A stretch of DNA of 59,229 nucleotides, from IMG/VR virus record IMGVR_UViG_3300043502_000004, positions 1 through 59,229 of that record. One strand, written 5' to 3'. A model generated the notes under the pieces. It searched no databases. It had not been told where the DNA came from and saw only the letters and a list, made by a program, of their open reading frames with translations. This stretch comes from a virus (Duplodnaviria; Caudoviricetes). Both the position numbers and the translations under genes were made by a program. This document shows positions 35,598 to 45,313 of the stretch, piece after piece; position 1 is the stretch's first letter, and each line of letters starts with the position of its first letter.

Positions 35598-38500
35598 CTA
35601 TTGCTTCGGCCAGTGGGACCTTTCCCAGTCTCGCAGCTCTTTGACGAGTTGAGCGACCTTGCGTCCAGCATCAACATCCAGGGGTTCATCTGACTCCAGG
35701 AGCTTGGTCATCTCCCAGATCCGGAACGATGCTTCATTCATCTCATGGGTCTTACCCCGCAGAAGGTTCCGAATTCTGTCCTGCGGATTCTGGCGCCGCT
35801 CCCCCCGACTGCCTCGGTAGGCATCCCAGAAAACCTCAGCCAGCTGATCCACCAGGGACGGCCCGGAGATGACCCCTATGGCAGCCGACTGGCCCTTGCC
35901 TTTGCGAGCGTAGGGAATGGCGTGCAGTTGCTCCATCAGACCCCGCAGCGATGCCGGCAGGTCCGGTGGCAGGTCAGGGATCGGTGTCATCGGTGCGTCG
36001 TTGGCCTCGATGGCGCGGTCCAGCATCCGCTGGAACTTGGGATCCGTCTCCTGCGCCCGGATAGCTTTCAGCTCATCTACCACCTGCTGCGGGGTCAGGC
36101 GATCCTCGGTACCTGGTGTCGTTGCCCTGGCCCGGAGGTTGGCCATCCGGTTGGCTGATCCGTTGCGTCCCGCCTTCTCGTAGGCGAAGGCCAGACCCAT
36201 GGTGGGGGAGTCGGCATGCATCCGCATGTTGTCGTCATGCGGGAACGGTTTCAGCGGAACTGTCTCGTCAATTCCGGCCCCCGCACTGGGAGCCTCAACT
36301 TTGGGGACAGCGCGCTCCGCACTGGCACCCGGTGCCTCCCGGCCTTTGACCCGGTCCTTGATCTCGTTGATCATGACGGACTTGGCCCGGTCCGACTTCA
36401 GGCCCAGGCGGGCAGCTAGCTGTGCTAGCTCGGGACGCAGGAGACTGGCTAGCGCAGTCCGCTCCTCTGCTTCAGTGTTAGCGGCCTGGAGTCGGGCCAT
36501 GGCGTCATCCAGCTGAGCCGAGATCATCTCGCCCACAGGCCCGGTCAGGTTCTTCCGGTCCTGCTTCTGCCCGTCCCAGCGAGCCAGGATCTCGTCGACC
36601 GGCACACCTTCAGACTCGGAGGCGCTCCGTGCCCGGCGCATCTCGGCGGCGGTGCGCTTCTTGGGGACAGCCGCCCTTGCTGCCTTCCGGGCAGTGTCAC
36701 GTTCCCGGGCCGCATCCAGCTCCTTGCGATCCGCTGGGGAGATCTCAGCCAGCACTGCCTTGGCTACTGCCGGGTCCCGTTCCGCGATCCTGTCCATGAG
36801 CAAGGTGGCGACCGCGTCGTCAGTCACCGAGGGCCGGGCCTTCTTGGCTGGCGTGGTCGCCTTCTTGGTAGCCCGCGCCTCCGCCCGCTGGGCCACTCCC
36901 TCGGCCTGGATCTCAGCGGCCAACTCCCGCAGCATTCGGGCGTCGCCACGCTTCATGAAGGACTTCTCGGAGGCCGTGGGATCGCCGACCCGGCTCATCG
37001 GGGTCACGTCATGGTCCCGGGACCCCACCTGAGTGGCAGCGGTACGTAGGCTCGTGGCCACCTCAGTGTGAGACTTCCCGGACCGCAGGTCCGCTCGTGC
37101 CCTGGACGCTGCCTGCGCCGCAAGGTGAGTATCGAAGCCGCGGACCACATCAGCGGCGGCCTTCTTGGGGGCCTCTGGCTTCGGGATGGGGCGCACCCCC
37201 TCCAGGCGGTCCGCCATCAGCTCCATGCGGTTGATGCGGGCAGCTCGACCCGTGTCCGGGGTCCCGCCACCGGTCTCAGCTTCGATGTTGTGCAGGGTCC
37301 GCTCGGAGTCAGCACCACGACGCAGCCCATCGGCGATCTGGCGACCGTCGATACCTGCGTCCAGGTCCTTCTGAACCACGGCCAGCCACTGCTTGTCCTC
37401 GCCCTTGGCATCCAGGTCCAGCCCGGTGCCGATGACTTCGGCGTCGTGCTTGGTCGGGTTGTCCAGGTCTACCACTGGGGCTGGGGCTGGAGCTGCCTTG
37501 GCCGGGACGGCAGCCTTGGCTACCTTCTTGGCCGGAACGATAGGTGTGATGTCCCCCGTACGTACGGGGACGCTGGTGGGTGTAGCGCCACCGAAGCCAC
37601 GGGTGGCCTTGGCGTCAAGAAGACGTCCCGATGTGGCCTCAATGATCTCGTCTCGTATTTGATCATTGGTCTTGCCACTGGTGGGAATGTGCAGTTCCTT
37701 AGCCATGGGCCGGATGTCTCGCCCATTGAGGCCTTCCAGGAGCGCCTTGGCCTCTTCCCGACTGGGTGGGTTCTCGATGTCGTTGAGCCGGGTGCTGACC
37801 TCCCCAGGAGTGCTGAGCTTCTTGGCCGGGGCCGGGGCGTCCCCGCCCATCCAGTAGGCACTGTTGGGGTTGTTGTTGTACTTCCTGCCGTCTTCCAAGG
37901 TGATGTCGATGCCACCGGGGCCCCGCTCCACCTTGGTGACCCTGGCGGGGGGAGCATTCCGGGCCCCAGCCCGTTGAACGATGTCCCCAACCTCAACGTT
38001 GGTAGCGCTCTTGCGCTGCTGCCCACTGGCCAACGGGGGCAGGAACTTGGCAGCCTTCTTGGCCGGTGCAGCCGGGGCCTCAGGTGTCTTGGCCGGGATC
38101 TTCGCACCCTCGTCTGGGATGGCACGGGCCTTGAACGTGACCCGGTCCCCGCCACCCAGGTGCGAATCGTGGCCAGCTCGGGTGATGAGCACTGGCGACC
38201 CGGGGGCTATATCCCCAACAACGTCATGCTTCTGCGGGTCGTAGGGGACGGTCTCCCCCACAGTCCCGAACCGGGACAGGTCCCTGCCCTTGGTGATGCT
38301 GTCCAGCTCCCGGCGGAACTGGTCCCGGTCACCAAGAGCCTTGGTCAACCGCTCCCGGTCGGCAGCGGGAAGGCGTCGGATACCAGCCTGAAGAGCCTTG
38401 TCACTGCCATCGTTCTGGGCCATCTGGTCCAGGTTGGACAGTGCCTCGGCCACCTTGCCTGACTCGTCAATGCGGGCCTGCCGGTCCCGGGCGGTCCGCT

Positions 38501-41500
38501 CCTTCTCCCGATTGGCCAGCTCCCGACCTGCTATCGCCTTGGCGATGTTCTGGATGAGAGTGTCTTTGTCGTCACCCTCGATGTCGCCGAGCCCTTCCTG
38601 GCGCGCGGCTTCCTTCAACGAGTCGACGTCGACCCGGTCCAGGGCTGCCTTCTCGGGGCCGTCGAGCTTGACCTCCAACTCCTGGCGGGTGACCGGGGCT
38701 TCGTCGCGAGCATGGTCCCGTAGGAACTTGGCTGCCTTCTTCTGACTGGTGATCTTGTCCTGTAGTTCGGCTCGCCGGGCATGGATAGCATCGGCGACAC
38801 CGCTCTCCTCGTCCCGGTCCTCCGGGGCCATGCCTTCAAGCTGGGCGCCCAGGTCACTGATCTCCTCCTCATTGAAGGAGATCTCGGACTGGATGCGGCG
38901 TACACCCTCCTCCTGGCTGATCTTCCCGGAGGCGATGTCATCCCGGATCTCAGTAAGAGACGGATCGTCGGCGAACCCTTCCCCGTCCCAGGCTTCCTGG
39001 AACGCAGACTTCCGTGGCTCGCTGTCCAGCTTCTCGGCAGCGCGGGGACCTTCGACCGAGCCTTCCGGGACCCGCTTGAGGGCACGGGCCTTGGCCCGCT
39101 TGGCTGGCGGTGCCGTGGGGGCAGCGTCCCGGGCGATCTCCTCCGGGGTCGGTGCCCGGTCCGGAACTACCGCAGCGGGGGCAGTCTTCTTGACCGGCGT
39201 GGGCGCCTCGACCGGGACGGCCTCCAACTCCTGGCGCAGGCGATCATCACTGCTCTCCCGGCCACCGGCGCGACGGTGCCGCTCGATGGCCTCTTTCAGC
39301 TGCGCCTTGGTGGCCGACTTCTTGACGTCCACGCCTTCGTCCGTGGCGACCTTGGCCAGCTCGGTACGGAGCATCTTGTCGAGAGTCTTAGGTGCAGAAT
39401 CCGGCTCAGCCCCCACACTCGGAGCAACTTTCTTGACGGCACGCTTGGCTGGGGCCCGGGCGGGACCCTCCTCTACGCCGGAGATGACCTGGGCCCGCAT
39501 GCCCATGGTGTCGGCCAAGGTCTGTACCAGGTTGGCGTCCTGGCGGTTGCCACCGGCCCGCAGTTCCTTGGAATACTTCTCCAGGTCGTCACGGGACCCA
39601 CGCAGCTCGGCCGCGTCCATCTCATCGGTGTCGTCGATGATGCCTTGAACCTTGCTGGCGGCAGCAGGGTTCTCTGGCGCCACCCACTTCTGGGCACTCA
39701 GCTCTTGGCGCAGGCTCCGGGCCGGGGTCTCGCCACCGGCACCTTCGGGCACGCCACGGATGTCAGCCAGGACGGCGTCTTTGACTTTGTCCTTGGTGAC
39801 CCCCCGCTTCGGGAGTTCCAGTTCCCGTGCCTCAGCCAGGGCCTTGAGGTCGGCCAGGGTGTGGTTATCCAGCAGCTTGCGGGCCTCCTGGTCCGACTCC
39901 GCTGCCTCCAGGTGCGGGATCATCTTCTTCGGACTGACCGGGGCGATCTTCCCGGCCTTGGGGACCTCGTCACCGAGCAACGCCGACTGGAGCTGGCGCT
40001 TGTTCATGGTGGAGAAACCGCGGATCTTCTTCTCCCGCGCCTGGGCCCGGAGGTCGGCGACCTTGTCCGGGAGTCCGGCTTCAGCCACCCGTGCCTTGAA
40101 GGCCTCTTCAGCATCGTCCACAGGGGACGGTGCCGCCTTGGCAGGGGCAGCCTTCTTGGCAGCCTTCTTGGCTACCTTCTTGGCGGGTGCGGCAGGCACC
40201 TCAGGGACGGCCTTCTTGGCTACCTGAGCAGCCTCCGCCTCCCGGCGAGCTGCACCGTGGCCACTGATGGCGTCCGAGTCCAGCTCCCGGCCTTTACGGA
40301 ACACGATGGCCTTACGGAGTTCCGCCTTGGTGGCACGGGCCCGGACCGGGGCCTCCATGTGGTCGGCCAGGGCCTTCAGTTCGGCCCCGGTCATCCCTTC
40401 CAGGTGTGCGTCCGCTTCCTCGCGGGTCTTGGCGGCCTGGATGTCGGCGGCGATGTCGGCAGGTTTGCGACCTTTCCCACTGCGGGGGGCCGGGGCCTTG
40501 GGCGTGGCTTCCCGCTTGGTGGATGGCGCCCCTGGCGTGACTCTGGGAGCCTTCTTGGCAGCCGGGGTCGGTGTAGGGCTGGTGCCATCACCTGTCCCTT
40601 TAGCCTCCCGACCCCGGCGCTGCAACCCGTACTTCTCTGCGATCAGGTCAGCCAGCTGCTCCTGGGCCTGGATGTTGCGGTCCAGGGTGTCTTTCTTCTC
40701 GGCATGGTCGGCACTGGCCGCCTGCCGCTTGTTCTCCTCGATGTCCGTGTCGAGTTCCCGCAGCACATCACCGGGGTCCCGCTTGCCTCGGGACAGGTCG
40801 CTGTGGGCTTTGTTCCATTCCGAGCGCTGCTTGCCGGCGGTGGGCACAGACAGGTCCCGGGCCGCCTCCTGGAACTCCAGTGGCGTGGGCGGCGTCGGTG
40901 CCGCTGGGGTGGCGGCCTCCTTTGCCGCGGTGGCCTTAGCTTCCTCACCCATCTGGGCAACTTCGGAAGCAGAGCGTCCCTCGGGACTGCCAGGGCCGAC
41001 TGCGTTGGAGTGAACCGGCTCCCGCCGCTCGGGAACACCGGCCGCTGGGGGGGCGGGTGTCTGCGGCGAAACAGGGGCGGCGGGAGCCGGGGTCTGGGTG
41101 GTGGGTGGCGGCGGGGTGCCCTGCACCTGCCGCTGATGAACCAGGGTGGCAGCTTCGTTCTGCTGCTGCTCCCGCTGGGCGATCTTGAGCCGAGACTCCC
41201 CGGACATCTGCGGGGAGATTCGAGCTTCCCGCTGCTCCGGGGTGAGGGCAGCGCCACGGGTGCCATGGGTGCGGTCGTCAGCGACAGCAGTCGCACCCTT
41301 GGTGCGGGCACCACTGCCGGCGATGGCCAGCATGTACCAGCCACCACGGCCGTCCGATTCCACCTTGGTGACGACGAGGGGCTGGTCCCGGTCGAAGATG
41401 ACCGCCCGGTCGTTGGGGCTACGGCCTCCGTAGGCGACCCGGGTGCCTTTCGGCACGGCCACCCGCAGCGTGACCGAGCCCGGCGGGTGGGACAGCTCAG

Positions 41501-41975
41501 AGCCCAGATTGGTGGCGCTGTACCCGGCGTCAGCGATCTCCAGACCGATGAGGTCTTCCAGGCCACCGTCCTCCATGGTCGCCTGTTGTGGACTGAGTCC
41601 GAATGCCTCCACTGGCACGGTCTGGGACACGATCAGGTCGTCGGTGGTCTCCACCATGTTGCGGTCCATCATGTCCACGAACTTCTTCGTGGTGGGGTCC
41701 GTCTTGCCGGCCTGGAGTGCCCCGTTAGCCTCGTCCCAGTCCATGTGCAGACGCTGCAACTCAGGGGTGGTCCATGGGGCCTTGCGACGATTGAACGCGT
41801 ACTGCGACGCCTGCTGGTCGGACTGGAACGAGTGTGGCTGGAACCTGTCTAGGAAGTTAGACAGGGCATCGACGACCCCAGCGGCCATCTTCCACTTCTT
41901 GCGGAAGCGCCCATGCCGGTCACGCGGGTGGAGCATTTCCTCCCGCGTGCCCCATGCGGAGCCGATTCCAGCCAC
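35598..41975 (-). CDS. 2125-aa multidomain putative internal virion protein (ART-like domain, HeH/SAP-like repeats, PAKK linkers)
   Basis: HPRDRHGRF N-terminus; GYSATN...LRVAVPKGT; about 7 L..M...ELK.LA...K..L repeats. Confidence 0.8.
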   Translation of the reverse strand: MAGIGSAWGTREEMLHPRDRHGRFRKKWKMAAGVVDALSNFLDRFQPHSFQSDQQASQYAFNRRKAPWTTPELQRLHMDWDEANGALQAGKTDPTTKKFVDMMDRNMVETTDDLIVSQTVPVEAFGLSPQQATMEDGGLEDLIGLEIADAGYSATNLGSELSHPPGSVTLRVAVPKGTRVAYGGRSPNDRAVIFDRDQPLVVTKVESDGRGGWYMLAIAGSGARTKGATAVADDRTHGTRGAALTPEQREARISPQMSGESRLKIAQREQQQNEAATLVHQRQVQGTPPPPTTQTPAPAAPVSPQTPAPPAAGVPERREPVHSNAVGPGSPEGRSASEVAQMGEEAKATAAKEAATPAAPTPPTPLEFQEAARDLSVPTAGKQRSEWNKAHSDLSRGKRDPGDVLRELDTDIEENKRQAASADHAEKKDTLDRNIQAQEQLADLIAEKYGLQRRGREAKGTGDGTSPTPTPAAKKAPRVTPGAPSTKREATPKAPAPRSGKGRKPADIAADIQAAKTREEADAHLEGMTGAELKALADHMEAPVRARATKAELRKAIVFRKGRELDSDAISGHGAARREAEAAQVAKKAVPEVPAAPAKKVAKKAAKKAAPAKAAPSPVDDAEEAFKARVAEAGLPDKVADLRAQAREKKIRGFSTMNKRQLQSALLGDEVPKAGKIAPVSPKKMIPHLEAAESDQEARKLLDNHTLADLKALAEARELELPKRGVTKDKVKDAVLADIRGVPEGAGGETPARSLRQELSAQKWVAPENPAAASKVQGIIDDTDEMDAAELRGSRDDLEKYSKELRAGGNRQDANLVQTLADTMGMRAQVISGVEEGPARAPAKRAVKKVAPSVGAEPDSAPKTLDKMLRTELAKVATDEGVDVKKSATKAQLKEAIERHRRAGGRESSDDRLRQELEAVPVEAPTPVKKTAPAAVVPDRAPTPEEIARDAAPTAPPAKRAKARALKRVPEGSVEGPRAAEKLDSEPRKSAFQEAWDGEGFADDPSLTEIRDDIASGKISQEEGVRRIQSEISFNEEEISDLGAQLEGMAPEDRDEESGVADAIHARRAELQDKITSQKKAAKFLRDHARDEAPVTRQELEVKLDGPEKAALDRVDVDSLKEAARQEGLGDIEGDDKDTLIQNIAKAIAGRELANREKERTARDRQARIDESGKVAEALSNLDQMAQNDGSDKALQAGIRRLPAADRERLTKALGDRDQFRRELDSITKGRDLSRFGTVGETVPYDPQKHDVVGDIAPGSPVLITRAGHDSHLGGGDRVTFKARAIPDEGAKIPAKTPEAPAAPAKKAAKFLPPLASGQQRKSATNVEVGDIVQRAGARNAPPARVTKVERGPGGIDITLEDGRKYNNNPNSAYWMGGDAPAPAKKLSTPGEVSTRLNDIENPPSREEAKALLEGLNGRDIRPMAKELHIPTSGKTNDQIRDEIIEATSGRLLDAKATRGFGGATPTSVPVRTGDITPIVPAKKVAKAAVPAKAAPAPAPVVDLDNPTKHDAEVIGTGLDLDAKGEDKQWLAVVQKDLDAGIDGRQIADGLRRGADSERTLHNIEAETGGGTPDTGRAARINRMELMADRLEGVRPIPKPEAPKKAAADVVRGFDTHLAAQAASRARADLRSGKSHTEVATSLRTAATQVGSRDHDVTPMSRVGDPTASEKSFMKRGDARMLRELAAEIQAEGVAQRAEARATKKATTPAKKARPSVTDDAVATLLMDRIAERDPAVAKAVLAEISPADRKELDAARERDTARKAARAAVPKKRTAAEMRRARSASESEGVPVDEILARWDGQKQDRKNLTGPVGEMISAQLDDAMARLQAANTEAEERTALASLLRPELAQLAARLGLKSDRAKSVMINEIKDRVKGREAPGASAERAVPKVEAPSAGAGIDETVPLKPFPHDDNMRMHADSPTMGLAFAYEKAGRNGSANRMANLRARATTPGTEDRLTPQQVVDELKAIRAQETDPKFQRMLDRAIEANDAPMTPIPDLPPDLPASLRGLMEQLHAIPYARKGKGQSAAIGVISGPSLVDQLAEVFWDAYRGSRGERRQNPQDRIRNLLRGKTHEMNEASFRIWEMTKLLESDEPLDVDAGRKVAQLVKELRDWERSHWPKQ

Positions 41976-41984
41976 AGTCAGTCC

Positions 41985-44591
41985 TTAGTAGGTTGGTGGT
42001 GCAGTGGGCGGCGGACCGGCAGGGGCTGGGGTGTCAGGAGTGGCCGGGTTGGCGGCGTCGGCAGACTCCGCGGACTTGTCCCGCAGGTCCCGGACTACCC
42101 GGTACCGCGCACTAGCTTGCGCAGCGATGTTCCAAGCGTCGACATCCATGCCCGCAGCATCTGTCGCCGACTCTCCGCCAGCTCCCGCCGTGGCTGGGTC
42201 AGCAGCTCCTCCGGGAGGAGCAGGGGCCGGCTGCCCAGGTACCGCGGGTCCAGCCAGTACTGGCGCAGCTGCTCCCGGTGCTGGAGCTGGTGCAGCTCCT
42301 GGTAGAGGGCCCGCGTCCATGGAGAACATGTGCTGGAGGCGTTCGGCTCGCTGTCGCTGGGCATAGATCTCCTCGTCTTCCTCCAGGTCTTTGAGCCGGG
42401 CCGCCAGCTCGTCCCGGTTGCTGTCCTGCTTCGACGCTTCCTCTTCCTTGGTGGCGGCGAAGTGCAGCTCCACCTCTCGCCTGATGGCATTCATGACGAT
42501 GCCGGTCGGCGGCGGCTCATACGGGACCGTGTCGAAGTCGCTGAACCAGACAGAGCCGGCGGCGGTGAGGGCCTGGACCTCGTCGTTGTCCATGCTGTAG
42601 ATGGGGAACGCAGGGGCGTTGACGGCCAGGGCGGCAGTGAGTTCCAAGGCGCCACGTTCCCGGCGCCAGTCCCCGGACAGCGGGGAGCGACGCAACTTCG
42701 CTACCTTCTGCGGTGTGGCTTCAGGAACAACGGATCCGGAGAACCAGATGCCGAAGTCGTCTTCCCCGCATCGGATGACGGCAATCTCGTCGCCGGTGTT
42801 GTCATAGTGAATCGCCGTCGCCGTGTAGCCCAGGTTGATCGCCGCGTGTCGGGTGTCCATGATGATCTTCCCGACGTTGAGCGCGTCCCCCTCCGCGGTG
42901 ACCACGGTCCCGAGATGGAACGGCTCGTACCCGTTGCGGGACCGGGGGGCCATGACACACTCCCGGTTGGTGACATCACGATGGCATTCATTCCAGGCCG
43001 CGAGGTGACCGAACACGTGACCCTCGTCAGTAACCGTGAGCTTCGTTTTTCCGGCTAGCTGCGGGTTGTCGAACCAGGACTTCGGCGGGTTCACCGGGTA
43101 GGTCATGCTCATGCTGTCCTCCGAGATCTGGACGCCAGCCTTCTTGGCCGCAGCCACAATCCGTGCCTTGATCTGCTTCAGCTGGTCCGGGGTGTACTGC
43201 CCGGCGTTCTGCTGCTGGTTGATGTAGGACCAGGCGGCCCGAATGTGTTCTGGAGTGTCAATCGGGTACCGCTTCTTACTGTCGCGGTAGCCGGGGTCGG
43301 CGTAGCTGACATCCCCGTAGGGCTCCGCGGCGGCGTAGCTGTCCATGCTCAGCTGTACTCCTGGTGCACCGGACCGGTCCCAGGGGGCTCGGATGTTGTT
43401 GTCTCCGAACTCCCTGGCCATGATCGCGTAGATCTCTGAGATGACATTCCGGGCACCCTCGATGTCTTTCTCCGCAACGTTGGGCAGGCCACCGTGGGCG
43501 CCACTGATCAGCGCTGCCGCCGCGTAGATGGCATGGAAGACGAGGGTGAGTTTCCCGTTGATGATGTCGCCGATAGGCAGCCGGTATGACGTCGGGTCCA
43601 GGGGGTTGCCCCGGTCGTCGTGATACAGGAACGCCTCCCGCATCTTGTTGGCGTCCCCGTTGGCCCATGCGGTGATCTTTTTGACTGCATCGTCGTTGTC
43701 GAACACGGCTTCTCGGACAGCCAGGGGCTTACCCTTCCAGCCGTTTGGGTTGATCGAGGCGACCATGGCCTTGGCCTCACCGCAGCCGCAGTCCTCGTCG
43801 TCCTCCATGGACCAGGGCATGTCCTCGTCGTCCCAGTCCTGATCTCCGTCGAAGACCCGCATCCCCAGGTCCGCGTAGGCCGGGATGGAGACCAGCGTCG
43901 AGCCACCCACCACGAACTGGTTGTAGTGCTCCACGCCGGTCTCGGGGTTGATGCCCACATGGACCGTCCCCCCCGGGTCCAGGCTGGGACCGGCGACGCC
44001 CATTGTCACCAGATACCGGGCACGCTTCGCCTCGGGGACGATGTCCTCGTTGAGGAAGTCGCCCCAGGAGTAGGCCCAGTCCTGGCCGGCGTGGTCGGGG
44101 CCCACTCCGAAGCCGAGCATCCGGCCCACAGTGATGCCTCCGGTGTGACCCTGTGCCTGCTCCTTGCGCCAGTCCAGGGGCCGGGGCATGGTCCGGGTGG
44201 TCAGGGAGTTGGGCTCGAACACCCGGATCCTGCGGGGCTCCCCGGTGGGCAGGCCGATGGGCGCCATGGGGCTGGCCCAGGTGTACCGACCCAGCTCTGG
44301 CTGCTTGTCGATCAGGGCCTGGGCCGCGATCAGGTACTTCGGGTCGTCGCTGGTGACCATGGATGCGGTCAAGCTGTGTCCGTGACCCTTGCCTGGAGGG
44401 GCACCCACCGCCTTCTGGTGCAGGATGTTGCAGAGCCCTTCCGGATTCTTCGGGAAGTACTTCCGGAGGTTCCTCACGCAACGGTCAAAATCATGGGGCA
44501 TATGCCAGCGGATTTTTGCCGCACCTTTTCCGGCCAGCCAGTAACGCTGCAAAGCGGCGGGCATTCCACGAGCAGGGTTCGGGTCGACCAT
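41985..44591 (-). CDS. capsid maturation protease-like multidomain protein
   Basis: Position; RYW..G.GAAKIRW, TLVSIPAY, YPIDT.EH.RAAWSY, GHVFGHLA.W..CH, LSGDWR, LAVN.P.FP. Confidence 0.75.
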   Translation of the reverse strand: MVDPNPARGMPAALQRYWLAGKGAAKIRWHMPHDFDRCVRNLRKYFPKNPEGLCNILHQKAVGAPPGKGHGHSLTASMVTSDDPKYLIAAQALIDKQPELGRYTWASPMAPIGLPTGEPRRIRVFEPNSLTTRTMPRPLDWRKEQAQGHTGGITVGRMLGFGVGPDHAGQDWAYSWGDFLNEDIVPEAKRARYLVTMGVAGPSLDPGGTVHVGINPETGVEHYNQFVVGGSTLVSIPAYADLGMRVFDGDQDWDDEDMPWSMEDDEDCGCGEAKAMVASINPNGWKGKPLAVREAVFDNDDAVKKITAWANGDANKMREAFLYHDDRGNPLDPTSYRLPIGDIINGKLTLVFHAIYAAAALISGAHGGLPNVAEKDIEGARNVISEIYAIMAREFGDNNIRAPWDRSGAPGVQLSMDSYAAAEPYGDVSYADPGYRDSKKRYPIDTPEHIRAAWSYINQQQNAGQYTPDQLKQIKARIVAAAKKAGVQISEDSMSMTYPVNPPKSWFDNPQLAGKTKLTVTDEGHVFGHLAAWNECHRDVTNRECVMAPRSRNGYEPFHLGTVVTAEGDALNVGKIIMDTRHAAINLGYTATAIHYDNTGDEIAVIRCGEDDFGIWFSGSVVPEATPQKVAKLRRSPLSGDWRRERGALELTAALAVNAPAFPIYSMDNDEVQALTAAGSVWFSDFDTVPYEPPPTGIVMNAIRREVELHFAATKEEEASKQDSNRDELAARLKDLEEDEEIYAQRQRAERLQHMFSMDAGPLPGAAPAPAPGAAAPVLAGPAVPGQPAPAPPGGAADPATAGAGGESATDAAGMDVDAWNIAAQASARYRVVRDLRDKSAESADAANPATPDTPAPAGPPPTAPPTY

Positions 44592-45313
44592 TACCCCTCC
44601 TCGTTCACGATCACCAGGTTGCAGCGACAACCGCAGACCAAGTCCGCTGGTGCAATTGGATCACCTGGGAACATCATTGGGAAGTCGTCCATGTAGAACG
44701 GCATGCTCAAGTCTCGCGTTTCACCGTCGACTTCCCGGTGCGGAGTTCGTACACGCAAATCATCCCGGGTATCCCAGCGCTTGCGAAGTAGCCGTCCGGT
44801 CACCCGGGACTGTTCCATCCCCGCTGCCAAGGTCCCTGCACCATAGGCACGGGTGGTCTCTGTCTGAGCAATTACTTTGGCCCGGTTCGGCCACCGTTCG
44901 CTGTCCGTATACGTAAGGACTTGATCAACACGAGCCGCCAGCTGTTCCAGAGACTCGCCCGCGTTGACACCCTCAGAAAGCTCAGCGAAGACCAGGTTGT
45001 AAGTCTCGTCGGGGATCCGTACCAACAGATTCTCTGTTTGACCAAGAGTTGCGAGGACGAAGGCATGTCGCGAGACCGGGGGAACATCGGTCGCCTCTGA
45101 CCAGGCGTGCAGAGATATCTCACCAATCGCGGTGAGGATGGTGTCCAGTTCATCCTGCCAAGCTCCCTGCGTGGAATAGATGGCAGTCGGGTCCGGCGGG
45201 ATCCGGTGCTGGCGCCACGGGGCCATGACGGCGGCCCGTGCCTTGTCCAGCCACCGCCTCAGGGCACCACCCACGACCCCGCGCAGGTTCTCCTCATCCT
45301 CACGGCGTGGCAT
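44591..45313 (-). CDS. MuF-like minor head protein
   Basis: RA.VIA.TET, K.W....D.RVR..H, PGDP......CRC. Confidence 0.88.
   Translation of the reverse strand: MPRREDEENLRGVVGGALRRWLDKARAAVMAPWRQHRIPPDPTAIYSTQGAWQDELDTILTAIGEISLHAWSEATDVPPVSRHAFVLATLGQTENLLVRIPDETYNLVFAELSEGVNAGESLEQLAARVDQVLTYTDSERWPNRAKVIAQTETTRAYGAGTLAAGMEQSRVTGRLLRKRWDTRDDLRVRTPHREVDGETRDLSMPFYMDDFPMMFPGDPIAPADLVCGCRCNLVIVNEEG

Noticed and set aside
38781-41852. 1023-aa + strand ORF and other long antisense ORFs in the late region
   Set aside because: Shadow frames of GC-rich - strand genes, with no motifs or RBS
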